NCBI GenBank assembly: GCA_028716665.1
Contig: JAQUPP010000002.1
Location: 203,717-267,716 of the forward strand
DNA: 64,000 nt
Direction of reading: 5' to 3'
Origin: Patescibacteria group bacterium
GTDB lineage: Bacteria > Patescibacteriota > Patescibacteriia > UBA2591 > JAQUPP01
This document shows, one piece after another, positions 1 through 9,455 of this stretch. A program made the position numbers and the translations under genes. The notes below the pieces were generated by a model that was not told the origin of the DNA, made no database searches, and was given only the letters and a program-made list of their open reading frames with translations. Positions within the stretch are counted from its first letter, which is position 1. Each line of letters begins with the position of its first letter.

Positions 1-203
1 AAAACCCTTATTTTTATATTTCAAAACCGTCCCAACCCCGGTAGGGAATAGGAATCGAACCCAACGTAAATACTGGGTTATATGATGATCAAAAATTCGA
101 GTCCAGCTCCAGTCAAAGTCCTTGTTTTATTCAAATTTTGTGATAATATAAATTTATAATAGTCGTTATAGTTTTTACTTAATGATTTAATAAAATAAAT
201 ATT

Positions 204-737
204 ATGAGCAACTATATTTTGCAAAATTTAAATTTTATTATCTTCTCGTCGGTTTTATTTTTAACAATTCTGTTTATTATCATTTTATTCTCAATATTCA
301 TAAAAATAATTCATAAAGATAATATATCCGTAAAATTTAATGAACTCCATTTAAAAATTAGAGAGGAAATTAAGTACGCAGTAACTCCTAAATTTATAAA
401 CGTGTCGGCCGAGGTGAATGAGATTACTGATCTTGCGGTTGAAATATGGCGCATTGAACAGCGTATCGCAAAATCCGCTTCAAGCTTATCAGAACAACAA
501 CTTATGGGATTAGATAATTCAGTTCAAAAATTGAAACGGTATCTTTCAAAATACGATATTGAAATCTTGGATTATAAAAATACAAAATATAACGACGGTC
601 TTAATCTTGATATCCTGTCTATTGAAAAAAATTCTTCTTTACCTGAGCCAATCATAAAAGAAATAATCGAGCCAACTATTATGTGTAAGGGCCAGGTTGT
701 TCGTAAAGCAAAAATTATTTTAATAAACAATCATTAA
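204..737 (+). CDS. Membrane-anchored GrpE-like protein (putative Hsp70 nucleotide-exchange factor)
   Basis: N-terminal hydrophobic helix, coiled-coil middle, and a C-terminus (KYNDGLNLDIL...IIKEIIEPTIMCKGQVVRKAKIIL) resembling the GrpE beta-head. Ends 9 bp before the Hsp70 gene. Confidence 0.65.
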   Translation: MSNYILQNLNFIIFSSVLFLTILFIIILFSIFIKIIHKDNISVKFNELHLKIREEIKYAVTPKFINVSAEVNEITDLAVEIWRIEQRIAKSASSLSEQQLMGLDNSVQKLKRYLSKYDIEILDYKNTKYNDGLNLDILSIEKNSSLPEPIIKEIIEPTIMCKGQVVRKAKIILINNH

Positions 738-746
738 TTTGTTAAT

Positions 747-3251
747 ATGGCTAATCAACAAAACATTTCAATAGGTATTGATCTTGGAACAACCAATTCG
801 TCTGTTGCCATCAATAACAACGGTAACATCGAAATCATAAAAAGGGCGGGGGGCGTGGAATATACGCCGTCCGTTTTTGGCTTTAATAGAGATGAAAATA
901 AAGTAGTTGGCCAAAAGGCTTATGAGAGTTTTTATAGATCTGCAGACGTAAAAAACTACAAACCGGAAGTAAAAAGATTGATGGGCTCTTCAGAGAAGTT
1001 TCACTTCGAGAGAGTAAATATAGACATGGGGCCGGAAGAAATATCTGCTGAAATCCTTCAGAGCCTAAAAGAGGACATTCTAAGAAAATATCCAAACTTT
1101 AATACTGTAGCCGCCGTAATTACGGTTCCAGCCGCTTTCTCTGTATTACAGTCGGAGGCAACTAAACGGGCTGGTAATCTTGCCGGATTTAAACACGTAG
1201 TTTTATTACAAGAACCTATCGCTGCGGCTGCTGCTTACGGCTCCACAAATATCAAGAATGAAAACTGGCTCATTTACGACTTTGGTGGTGGCACATTTGA
1301 TGTTGCATTAATTGCTTCCAAAGACAGAGCGCTTTCAGTGCTTGGCCATAACGGTGACAATTTCCTTGGTGGTAAAAACTTTGATTTAGAGATTGTCGAT
1401 AAAATAATAGTACCAAAAATCTTAGAGAAGTTTTCCGTCAAAAACTTCAACAGGAATAATGAAAAGTATATAAGTGCCTTCTCTCGATTAAAGTTCTCTG
1501 CAGAGACGGCTAAAATAGAACTCTCTGAATATAATAAAACCTCAATCGTGGTAGAAAATGTCGGGAAGGACGATGAGGATAAGGAGATTTTTCTCTCCAT
1601 TAATTTTACGAGAAAAGAATTTGAAAATCTTATCAAACCAATGGTTGACCGCACTATCGAGCTTTCTAGGAAAACCCTGAAAGATGCCGGCATTAAGAGT
1701 GGTTCTGTTGCTAAAGTGATTCTCGTTGGTGGTCCGACTCAGATTCCATATATTCGAGAAAGAATAGAGAATGATCTCAAAATAACTGCTGATGCGTCTG
1801 TTGATCCTTTAACTGTCGTTGCGAGAGGTGCTTGCGTGTTTGGTATCGGCCAGAAGATTCCAAAGGAATTCCAAGAAAATGATGGTAAAAAACTCCGAGA
1901 AGGAACTCTTTCTATTGATCTAAATTACGATTCCGTTACTTCTGACACAGAGGCAACGATCGCGGGAATCATAGAAGACCTCAAAGATGCTAAGGATGAA
2001 TATTATGTACAAATTCAATCTGACAGTGGCTTTTATAACGGTTCAAAGAAAAAACTAAAAGGCGGTAAATTTTTTGACACAGTTTCTGTCGAGCCGAATA
2101 AGTCTAATGTTTACTGGATTTATCTTTTTGACAAAGAAGGTAATTCTGTTCCAGTTGATCAAGATTCTTTTACCATTACTCAGGGTCAGACGATATCGGG
2201 TATACCCTTGTCCCATTCGGTAAAAATAGTTGTGGTTCAAAAGGATTATACGAGGAATGTGGCTTTTAATATTTGTGACCTAGTTTTTGATAAAGGGTCA
2301 ATACTTCCTATTAAAAAAACTTTATATGTGTATAAAACATCAAGAAAGCTAAAGAAGGGCGAAGAGAATGATCTTGATATTATAGTGGTTGAAGGAGAAT
2401 CCGATATGCCAGATCGTAATGGATTTTTATGCAAAGTGGGTATCCCTGGCAAGGATCTACCCCATGATCTTCCCGAAGGAACTCCGGTAGAAATAACTGT
2501 TGTGATGAATGAATCACAAGAAGTTTTTGTTACTGCTCATATTCCACTGATTGATTTTACTGTTAATGCTCGCTCCACTTTTCACAATGAGACAATTGAT
2601 CTTAAGAATATCGAACAGGATTTAGAAATTCAAAAAGAAAGAGCAAAGGTTGTCTCTGAAAATTTGTCGCCCGATGAAAGAAAAACAATTGATAATGATA
2701 TTCAATCCGCCCAAACGAGCGTTAATAATTCTTCCATAGACGAAGATGAAAAAATGAAAGCGAATAAACAAATTAAAGATATTAAGATTGCGTTGGATAA
2801 AATTGAAAAAGAAAAGGAAATGCCTCAACTGGTTAAGGAATTTAAAGATGGTATTCAAGATACACAATCGATCATCAATGACTACGCAGATGAAAAAGAC
2901 AAAGATATAAACAATGATCAATTAAATAAGCTCATTAAAGAAGGAGAGAAAGCAATAGCCGATAATGATAAATCTCTTTTGATTCGGACCAATGAACAAA
3001 TTAACGAACTTCGCTCAAAAGCCGTTTATTCTAACCCGGCCACATGGATTCATCAGTTTAAAAAAATTACTGATAGCAAGCCAGACTTTACTAATGAAAA
3101 AGAAGCAAAGTATTATATTGAAAAGGGCAAAAGAGCGATTGAACTTGGTGATGTCGATGAGATAAAACGTTGCGTCCGTAATTTGTCGCTGTTACTCCCG
3201 TCTGATGTACAAGAAAAAATAAAAGATAATCTTTCGGGCATTACCCGCTAA
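747..3251 (+). CDS. Specialised Hsp70-family protein (834 aa, probably not the housekeeping DnaK)
   Basis: Hsp70 motifs GIDLGTTNS, KRLMG, VITVPA, LQEPIAAA, YDFGGGTFD, LGGKNFD, LVGGPTQIP. Extra domain after the ATPase domain and an extended helical C-terminus. Confidence 0.95.
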   Translation: MANQQNISIGIDLGTTNSSVAINNNGNIEIIKRAGGVEYTPSVFGFNRDENKVVGQKAYESFYRSADVKNYKPEVKRLMGSSEKFHFERVNIDMGPEEISAEILQSLKEDILRKYPNFNTVAAVITVPAAFSVLQSEATKRAGNLAGFKHVVLLQEPIAAAAAYGSTNIKNENWLIYDFGGGTFDVALIASKDRALSVLGHNGDNFLGGKNFDLEIVDKIIVPKILEKFSVKNFNRNNEKYISAFSRLKFSAETAKIELSEYNKTSIVVENVGKDDEDKEIFLSINFTRKEFENLIKPMVDRTIELSRKTLKDAGIKSGSVAKVILVGGPTQIPYIRERIENDLKITADASVDPLTVVARGACVFGIGQKIPKEFQENDGKKLREGTLSIDLNYDSVTSDTEATIAGIIEDLKDAKDEYYVQIQSDSGFYNGSKKKLKGGKFFDTVSVEPNKSNVYWIYLFDKEGNSVPVDQDSFTITQGQTISGIPLSHSVKIVVVQKDYTRNVAFNICDLVFDKGSILPIKKTLYVYKTSRKLKKGEENDLDIIVVEGESDMPDRNGFLCKVGIPGKDLPHDLPEGTPVEITVVMNESQEVFVTAHIPLIDFTVNARSTFHNETIDLKNIEQDLEIQKERAKVVSENLSPDERKTIDNDIQSAQTSVNNSSIDEDEKMKANKQIKDIKIALDKIEKEKEMPQLVKEFKDGIQDTQSIINDYADEKDKDINNDQLNKLIKEGEKAIADNDKSLLIRTNEQINELRSKAVYSNPATWIHQFKKITDSKPDFTNEKEAKYYIEKGKRAIELGDVDEIKRCVRNLSLLLPSDVQEKIKDNLSGITR

Positions 3252-3256
3252 ACCAT

Positions 3257-4891
3257 ATGTCATCTACACTCAAAAACAACGCATATCACATCCTTGGACT
3301 AGATACTTCTGCTAGTGAGAAAGATATTCTTAAACGCTCAAAGGAGATTATTAATCGTCTTAAGGCTGATGACACTCCTGACTACGATTTAGATATTGGA
3401 TTGTTTAAAGATTTTCGGACAGAGGATGCAGTAAAAGATGCCCTGCAGCGACTCCAAGCTTCCAAGAAACGGATCAAAGAATATTTCTTTTGGTTTCAGA
3501 TAGCAGATAGCGTCGATGAGCAGGTACTGGGTCTGTTTAAATTTAAAGATTACTTGAATGCCATTCGCACTTGGCAGAATGTGGCCGAAGGTCAAAGTAC
3601 GAAAGCTTTCTCTTATAAGAAGAATCTTGCTATTTTGTATTGCCTTGTACTCTCTGCCGAGGATGATAAAGACTATCTAAGAAGTTCCTTAGTTGCATGG
3701 AAAGAACTTATAGACTCAGATAAATTTTGGACTTTTTTTTCTGAAGTCTACAAACTTCATGATGAACAAACTGCCAGCGAAGATATTATTTTTGATTTCA
3801 AAAAGCATGTAGTAAGTTATCTGGCCGATATTTATACGGATTTATATCAAACCCATAAAAATGTAGATTATATTAGTCAATTTCAAAAAGTTTTTTCAGT
3901 AAAAGGTGAGCGAATAGAAAAAAACGTTTTAGAACCAGCATACCAAATGATTAATAATGCCGTTGATGAACTTGAAAAAATGGAAGTGAGTAAGGATAGT
4001 ATATTTGATAAAGAAGAGTCAGAAACAATCAAGAGGCTTATTACTACAATACAGAAGGAACTCAATCAACTGATTGATTTAAGACTCTATGACGATAGTC
4101 AGACCAAAATAATGCGGGATCGCTCGGCTAATGCCTTACGATCTATTGCTTTGGATTTACACAATAACTTAAGCGAGCTTGATAAATCTCGAGGACTTTT
4201 AGAGGTAGCAATTAAGTTCGCTGGTATGGAATCCTTGAAATACGAACTTCAAGGTCAACTCGAACAAATCCAAAAAAATATCAAAGACGATGCAGAAAAT
4301 TCTCTTACCATAGACGTACCGGGCACGTTTGGGAGAGGTACGGTTATTTTTAAGAATAACTATCTTGAATACAATAACAAGAAAATATTCTATAAAGACG
4401 CGACAAGTATTTCTTATCATGCCCATTCGCAGTCAATAAACTTTATTCCGGCTTCACAATCGTTCAGTTACATGGTTGCTTCGCCAAATGAGACTATTTC
4501 ATTCTCATTTGGAACTACCCTCTATATTGGTCACAAAACAATGCAAGAGGTGTGGGGAAAGTTGATTGGGCTTTCAGAGGGACTAATTGAGTCACATATT
4601 ATAGAAAGTATGGTCGATCAAATTTTTGATCGCGATAAACCCATAACCATTGGTCGTATTGAATTCTCCAAACAAGGATATTCACAAACCAAATCCAAGC
4701 TATTTGGCAAGAGCGAGAAAGAGATAGTTTACTGGACGGATACTATTTACACCCCAAAGTTCAGTTCCGGAATGGTAGTTTTATGGAAAGATAAAAACGG
4801 AGTGAGTCAACAATTTACCACAATAGCGATGTCGACGCCAAATGCGGTTGTAATACCAGGGTTAGTTAAAGCATGCATTAATCGTCTATAA
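3257..4891 (+). CDS. J-domain-like protein lacking HPD, with a helical repeat region
   Basis: N-terminus NAYHILGLDTSASEKDILKR matches J-domain helices I-II. No HPD motif. Directly follows the Hsp70. Confidence 0.6.
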   Translation: MSSTLKNNAYHILGLDTSASEKDILKRSKEIINRLKADDTPDYDLDIGLFKDFRTEDAVKDALQRLQASKKRIKEYFFWFQIADSVDEQVLGLFKFKDYLNAIRTWQNVAEGQSTKAFSYKKNLAILYCLVLSAEDDKDYLRSSLVAWKELIDSDKFWTFFSEVYKLHDEQTASEDIIFDFKKHVVSYLADIYTDLYQTHKNVDYISQFQKVFSVKGERIEKNVLEPAYQMINNAVDELEKMEVSKDSIFDKEESETIKRLITTIQKELNQLIDLRLYDDSQTKIMRDRSANALRSIALDLHNNLSELDKSRGLLEVAIKFAGMESLKYELQGQLEQIQKNIKDDAENSLTIDVPGTFGRGTVIFKNNYLEYNNKKIFYKDATSISYHAHSQSINFIPASQSFSYMVASPNETISFSFGTTLYIGHKTMQEVWGKLIGLSEGLIESHIIESMVDQIFDRDKPITIGRIEFSKQGYSQTKSKLFGKSEKEIVYWTDTIYTPKFSSGMVVLWKDKNGVSQQFTTIAMSTPNAVVIPGLVKACINRL

Positions 4892-4895
4892 ATAC

Positions 4896-5549
4896 ATGGA
4901 AAATGATAAAAAACATTTGGATATCGACCTTGAATTCCTTGATAAAAAGGAGCCGACTAGAGTTACACCGCCTAAGCTAGAATCTCCTAAGGGTAGCGAA
5001 CCAAACTGGCGATATTACGATAAAGACAAGGCTAATGCTAATTCCGGCTCTGGTAAAAAATATAAATGGAAAAATATTTTAATAATAGGTGGCGTTGTTA
5101 TATTCTTTGGCTGGGTTATTTTTTCAAATAGTAACTCAAAGAATGATACTAATACCGGAAGCTATACACCACCTAGTGTAAATCAAGTGTCGTCGAATAG
5201 TAATACGGTTGTGATAGGTGAATATAGATGTTTAAGTTATAACTACGATAGAGCAGTCGCACTTACTCCCAGTGAAAGTGAACAGCAAATAGATACCGCC
5301 AGAAATGACTTGGAATATAAAAGTAATGAGCTTGATCGTTTGAAAAATAAAATTGATAGTTCTTATGTGGATGAATACTCATCGCAATATGAGATTAATC
5401 AATACAATGAGACGGTGAACGATTATAATATTAAACTTACTTCATATAAGCGAGACGAGGCAAATTTTAATTCGCGGGTTGAAAGATATAATACCCAAAT
5501 TGAAGCCCATAATAATTATTTAAGAAATAATTGCACACTTAATAGATAA
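4896..5549 (+). CDS. Bitopic membrane protein with extracytoplasmic coiled coil
   Basis: Single TM segment (ILIIGGVVIFFGWVIF), heptad-rich C-terminus, two Cys. Operonic spacing. Confidence 0.6.
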   Translation: MENDKKHLDIDLEFLDKKEPTRVTPPKLESPKGSEPNWRYYDKDKANANSGSGKKYKWKNILIIGGVVIFFGWVIFSNSNSKNDTNTGSYTPPSVNQVSSNSNTVVIGEYRCLSYNYDRAVALTPSESEQQIDTARNDLEYKSNELDRLKNKIDSSYVDEYSSQYEINQYNETVNDYNIKLTSYKRDEANFNSRVERYNTQIEAHNNYLRNNCTLNR

Positions 5550-5553
5550 AGTT

Positions 5554-6630
5554 ATGACAACATTAACGAAACCAATTCTCTATAATGGATTCAAAGTCAA
5601 AGACGGGTTAACCGTCAAAAATCGCATTGAGCGAATTTTCTTTACCGAAGTATATGCGTTATCTGACGGATCTTTTTTATACTTATTTTTTAATCTTAAA
5701 CCAAACGAGATATTTGATCGTCGCGAAAAATACGACCTTGTTAGAATAAAAAAAGAAGGAGAGGAATTACCTGGTGTTATTGTTAAGGATTATTCGAATC
5801 GTCAATTATTAACAGCTATTGAAGATCTAACTACGACAAAAGGTTTTGATTGTGTCGCTGGAATGGATAAATTAAAAACTTTTTTAATTAAAAAAGTTAT
5901 TGAACCACTTCGAAATCCTGAAAAATTTAAGAAATACAGACTCTCAATTCCAAACGGTATTTTACTGTACGGACCACCCGGATGCGGAAAAACATTTATT
6001 GTCAACAAACTGGCAGAAGAATTGGGATACAACTTTGTTGAATTAAAACCCTCATCGGTTGCAGTTCCTTATGTTCACGGTGCTGTTAATAAGATTGCCG
6101 AACTTTTTGAAAGGGCAAAATTACAAGCACCGTCAATTGTATTTATTGATGATGCCGAAGCACTTATACCAAAAACAGAAGAGCTATCATTTAGTGCGGA
6201 TATAAAAAAAGAAGAAATTAACCAATTTAAACTAGAACTAAATAATATTGGAGAGAAGAAAATTCTTGTTGTTTATGCAACAAACTGGCCAGAAATGATT
6301 GATTTAGCAATACTTAGAGGCGGAAGAACGGATTATAAGATATATGTTCCTGCGCCAGATTTTGATGCTAGAAAGGGACTATTTATAAATTTTCTTTCAG
6401 GAAGACCCTGTGGCAAAGAAATTGATATAGAAAAATTAGCAAAGATGACAAATAATTATGCGAGTACCGATATTGAACTTATAGTTAAAAATGCGGCTTA
6501 CGTGGCATTAGAGTTGGAAAAAAATATTGATGAAAAAATGTTAATTAAATCAATAAACAAACTTAATTCATCAATTTCGCCAGAACAAATTCGACATTAC
6601 GAACAACTTAGTGGTATGGAAAGGTGGTAG
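5554..6630 (+). CDS. AAA+ ATPase (classical CDC48/FtsH-like clade)
   Basis: Walker A GPPGCGKT, Walker B IVFIDD, and SRH ATNWPEMIDLAILRGGRTD. Confidence 0.9.
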   Translation: MTTLTKPILYNGFKVKDGLTVKNRIERIFFTEVYALSDGSFLYLFFNLKPNEIFDRREKYDLVRIKKEGEELPGVIVKDYSNRQLLTAIEDLTTTKGFDCVAGMDKLKTFLIKKVIEPLRNPEKFKKYRLSIPNGILLYGPPGCGKTFIVNKLAEELGYNFVELKPSSVAVPYVHGAVNKIAELFERAKLQAPSIVFIDDAEALIPKTEELSFSADIKKEEINQFKLELNNIGEKKILVVYATNWPEMIDLAILRGGRTDYKIYVPAPDFDARKGLFINFLSGRPCGKEIDIEKLAKMTNNYASTDIELIVKNAAYVALELEKNIDEKMLIKSINKLNSSISPEQIRHYEQLSGMERW

Positions 6631-6703
6631 TTTTAGGTGATGACGCACCAATGAAATTGGTACTGGTATCTTTAGGGGAATTAGCATTATAACTTTTAAA
6701 CAA

Positions 6704-7525
6704 ATGAAGAACTGTCAATTTTGTAAAAATTCTATCACCGACAATAATGACATTTGTCCTTATTGTCGGCGGGTTTTGGTTGAAAGAATTTATTCTAATT
6801 CAAAACACACATCACACACTGTCAATCAAGGCGCAAAAATCTCGATTAATAGAAAATTAAAAAATTATTTTAAGCAACTAAGCAATAAATTTAAAAAAAT
6901 AAAATGGAATAATTTTAAAAAATATATTCCAATTCTTGCTCTACTACTGTTAATTATTTTTATCAGCCTCCAAAAAGAAAAAAATAACACGCATACAACT
7001 TATAGTCATACTCCAGTTTCGGTTATTCCAAGCAACGAGAATTCATCGATTAAATTGAGTGATACTCCAGTGGCTCAAATCAAAGATCCCAAAAACTATA
7101 TTTCATTGCCCAATGGCACACCTCTATCCAAAAATACTTATTATTTTAATGGATTGGGACAATTAAAAATAGACAATGGGACGAGCCTAGATGCTATAGC
7201 TAAACTAGTAGATATCACAACCAATAAATCGATTCTTACAGTATATATAAAAGCTAATAGTACTTATGATATTAATAAAATATTAGATGGCAATTATAAA
7301 CTATTCTTTAATCTCGGAAATGATTGGAGCACAGAAGTTAAGGCGTTCGCCGTAAATTCTAGCTATGAAGTTTTTAAAGAAAATTTTGACTTTACTACAT
7401 CAGAGTATAGAGAAGGCGATTATATACGCACACGATATATAACTTTTAGCGTAACATTAAATCCTGTAATTGGCGGACAAGCTAAAACAGAAGAAATTAA
7501 CGCGGTAGAATTCGGTGGCTATTAA
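6704..7525 (+). CDS. Zinc-ribbon bitopic membrane protein with extracytoplasmic beta domain
   Basis: CQFC...CPYC at the N-terminus and a TM segment IPILALLLLIIFISL. Confidence 0.65.
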   Translation: MKNCQFCKNSITDNNDICPYCRRVLVERIYSNSKHTSHTVNQGAKISINRKLKNYFKQLSNKFKKIKWNNFKKYIPILALLLLIIFISLQKEKNNTHTTYSHTPVSVIPSNENSSIKLSDTPVAQIKDPKNYISLPNGTPLSKNTYYFNGLGQLKIDNGTSLDAIAKLVDITTNKSILTVYIKANSTYDINKILDGNYKLFFNLGNDWSTEVKAFAVNSSYEVFKENFDFTTSEYREGDYIRTRYITFSVTLNPVIGGQAKTEEINAVEFGGY

Positions 7526-7561
7526 AAATAGATAAGAATAAAATAAGATAATACGGTTTAC

Positions 7562-7596
7562 TTTAAAGAGGTGAGATAAAATCTCACCTCTTTAAA
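7562..7596 (+). terminator. Hairpin terminator closing the Hsp70 operon
   Basis: Perfect inverted repeat TTTAAAGAGGTGAGAT-aaa-ATCTCACCTCTTTAAA. Confidence 0.7.
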
Positions 7597-7648
7597 TTGA
7601 ATAAATACAAAAATCTGCTATAATGAAAACAAAGTTTAGAAAATAAAT

Positions 7649-8761
7649 ATGACAAAAATATATTTTACAAGATATTTTATAGAAACTCCTAACTCTGTTG
7701 GTAATCGTAGAAATATAGAATCAGGTAAGATTTTGGGGTTGAAATTTAAGCTAGGTAGTAATGAAATATCTTTCTATGATCATGATAAAGGTCTTTCTTC
7801 TGATTGTTATATTGAAGCAGACTCCTTGAACGATGCTGAGAATAAATCGAAGGTTTTTATAGAAAACATTTTAAACTTAATTGATCTCTCAATGTCATCT
7901 GCCTCAGCATCTCCCCAATTTATAACATCTTATAATGCTTCTTCTAATTTGCCCATCAGAGAATATAAGCAAATTTTATATGTTCCTATACGAGAAAGAA
8001 ATATCGCAGTGATTGATCAAGATTTCTTCGGCAAATTATTTAACCTTCTTGATAAAAATAAAGACAAAAGAACGGAAATGGCTATATCTTGGTTAAGAAA
8101 GGGGTACCTTGAGCAAAAACATGTTGATAAATTTATTGCTTTTTGGACTGGATTAGAATCTATAAATGAGTTATTATGTGATTTATTTATTATTCCTCAG
8201 GAGGAAAGGAAATTAAAATGTAAAAAATGCGGTGAAGTCCTTCATCCAATTACAACCGGAATTAAAAAATTATTTATTGATGAGATAAAAATTAACGATA
8301 AAAAATTTGAAGATATAAGAAAAGCAAGGGGCAAACTTTTACATGGTGGTCCATTAGATAATATTTTTATTAATGAAATTAAAGAATATAATCCTATTGT
8401 TAAAAAAACTTTAATAGTGGGATTAGGTAAATTATTAGGGATGGAAGGAAAAGATATAGATAAAATAATTAAACAAAAATCTAATTTATATAATGAAACA
8501 ATCAGATTTATTATTAAGGCGAATTTAGTAAATTTTGAACCGCCCAAAATTAACGAATTTGGCAAACAACCTAAAATAGATTTAATTGAGGAAAATTTAT
8601 TAAATCGTATAATAGATAGCAAAGGAAAACTGAGTTTAAAATTAGAAACAACGTTAAAATTAAATGCCAATTTTAATAATATAACCTTTGAAGTATGGGG
8701 CGAGGATAATACTTGTATAAAAAGTATCAAGATTGATGATATCAAGAAAGTAACTGAATAA
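7649..8761 (+). CDS. HEPN-domain protein (ApeA/MauJ-like) with a CxxC insert
   Basis: AISWLRKG...DKFIAFWTGLESI, the R-x4-H motif RGKLLH, and CKKC. Confidence 0.6.
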   Translation: MTKIYFTRYFIETPNSVGNRRNIESGKILGLKFKLGSNEISFYDHDKGLSSDCYIEADSLNDAENKSKVFIENILNLIDLSMSSASASPQFITSYNASSNLPIREYKQILYVPIRERNIAVIDQDFFGKLFNLLDKNKDKRTEMAISWLRKGYLEQKHVDKFIAFWTGLESINELLCDLFIIPQEERKLKCKKCGEVLHPITTGIKKLFIDEIKINDKKFEDIRKARGKLLHGGPLDNIFINEIKEYNPIVKKTLIVGLGKLLGMEGKDIDKIIKQKSNLYNETIRFIIKANLVNFEPPKINEFGKQPKIDLIEENLLNRIIDSKGKLSLKLETTLKLNANFNNITFEVWGEDNTCIKSIKIDDIKKVTE

Positions 8762-8786
8762 ACAATAGAAAAATATATTAAGTAAT

Positions 8787-9404
8787 ATGACCATAGAAAA
8801 TTCTTTAAAACATTTAGAATCTTTAAAAGAAAGTTACATCAAGATAACCAAGGAGATGCTACAAGCGAATAATGGTAATTTATACTCATTTGATTTGTTT
8901 ATTCTTGGAATAATCAAGAGGTCTATTTTGTTGACAACGGGATTTTGTACATTAGTGCGACAGAATAATTTTTTAAGCGCAGCCCCGCTTATTCGATTAC
9001 ATCTAGACAATCTATTACAGATGCACGCGGCTTTTATTGTGAAAAATTCAGATGATTTTTCGTTTAAAAAGATAAAGGGAGAGCAAACAAATAATTTAAA
9101 AGACTTAAAGGGGAATAAAATGACGGATAATTACTTAGCAATGTCACTCTCAGAAATAAAAGAAACTTCGTGGGTTTTAAATTTATACAAAGAAACATCA
9201 AAATTTGTGCACATCAGTGATAAACATATTTTGAGTGTAGTAGAGAAATTAGATGAAGGCGGTGTTATTGATTTTGTTATTTCAGATAAACAAACAATCC
9301 CAGAGAAACACGCCACTGAAGCTGCACAAGCTATGATAAGTATTACTGAACAATTATTTCGGTATGTGTATGGATGGATACATGTAAAAAATAAAAAGTC
9401 ATAA
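8787..9404 (+). CDS. Helical HEPN-like protein (DUF5677-like)
   Basis: SAAPLIRLHLDN and LYKETSKFVH patterns. Confidence 0.45.
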   Translation: MTIENSLKHLESLKESYIKITKEMLQANNGNLYSFDLFILGIIKRSILLTTGFCTLVRQNNFLSAAPLIRLHLDNLLQMHAAFIVKNSDDFSFKKIKGEQTNNLKDLKGNKMTDNYLAMSLSEIKETSWVLNLYKETSKFVHISDKHILSVVEKLDEGGVIDFVISDKQTIPEKHATEAAQAMISITEQLFRYVYGWIHVKNKKS

Positions 9405-9455
9405 GTGTTTTATGGCTGACTGGCCAACAAAAAATAATTAAATAATTTAAGACAT

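Noticed and set aside
36-116. tRNA T-arm-like strings (GGAATCGAACCC; TTCGAGTCCAG)
   Set aside because: No full cloverleaf or CCA end can be built on either strand. At most these are att-related remnants.
747-3251. Housekeeping dnaK
   Set aside because: Too long, has an inserted domain, lacks the canonical linker, and has no canonical dnaJ/grpE/hrcA context.
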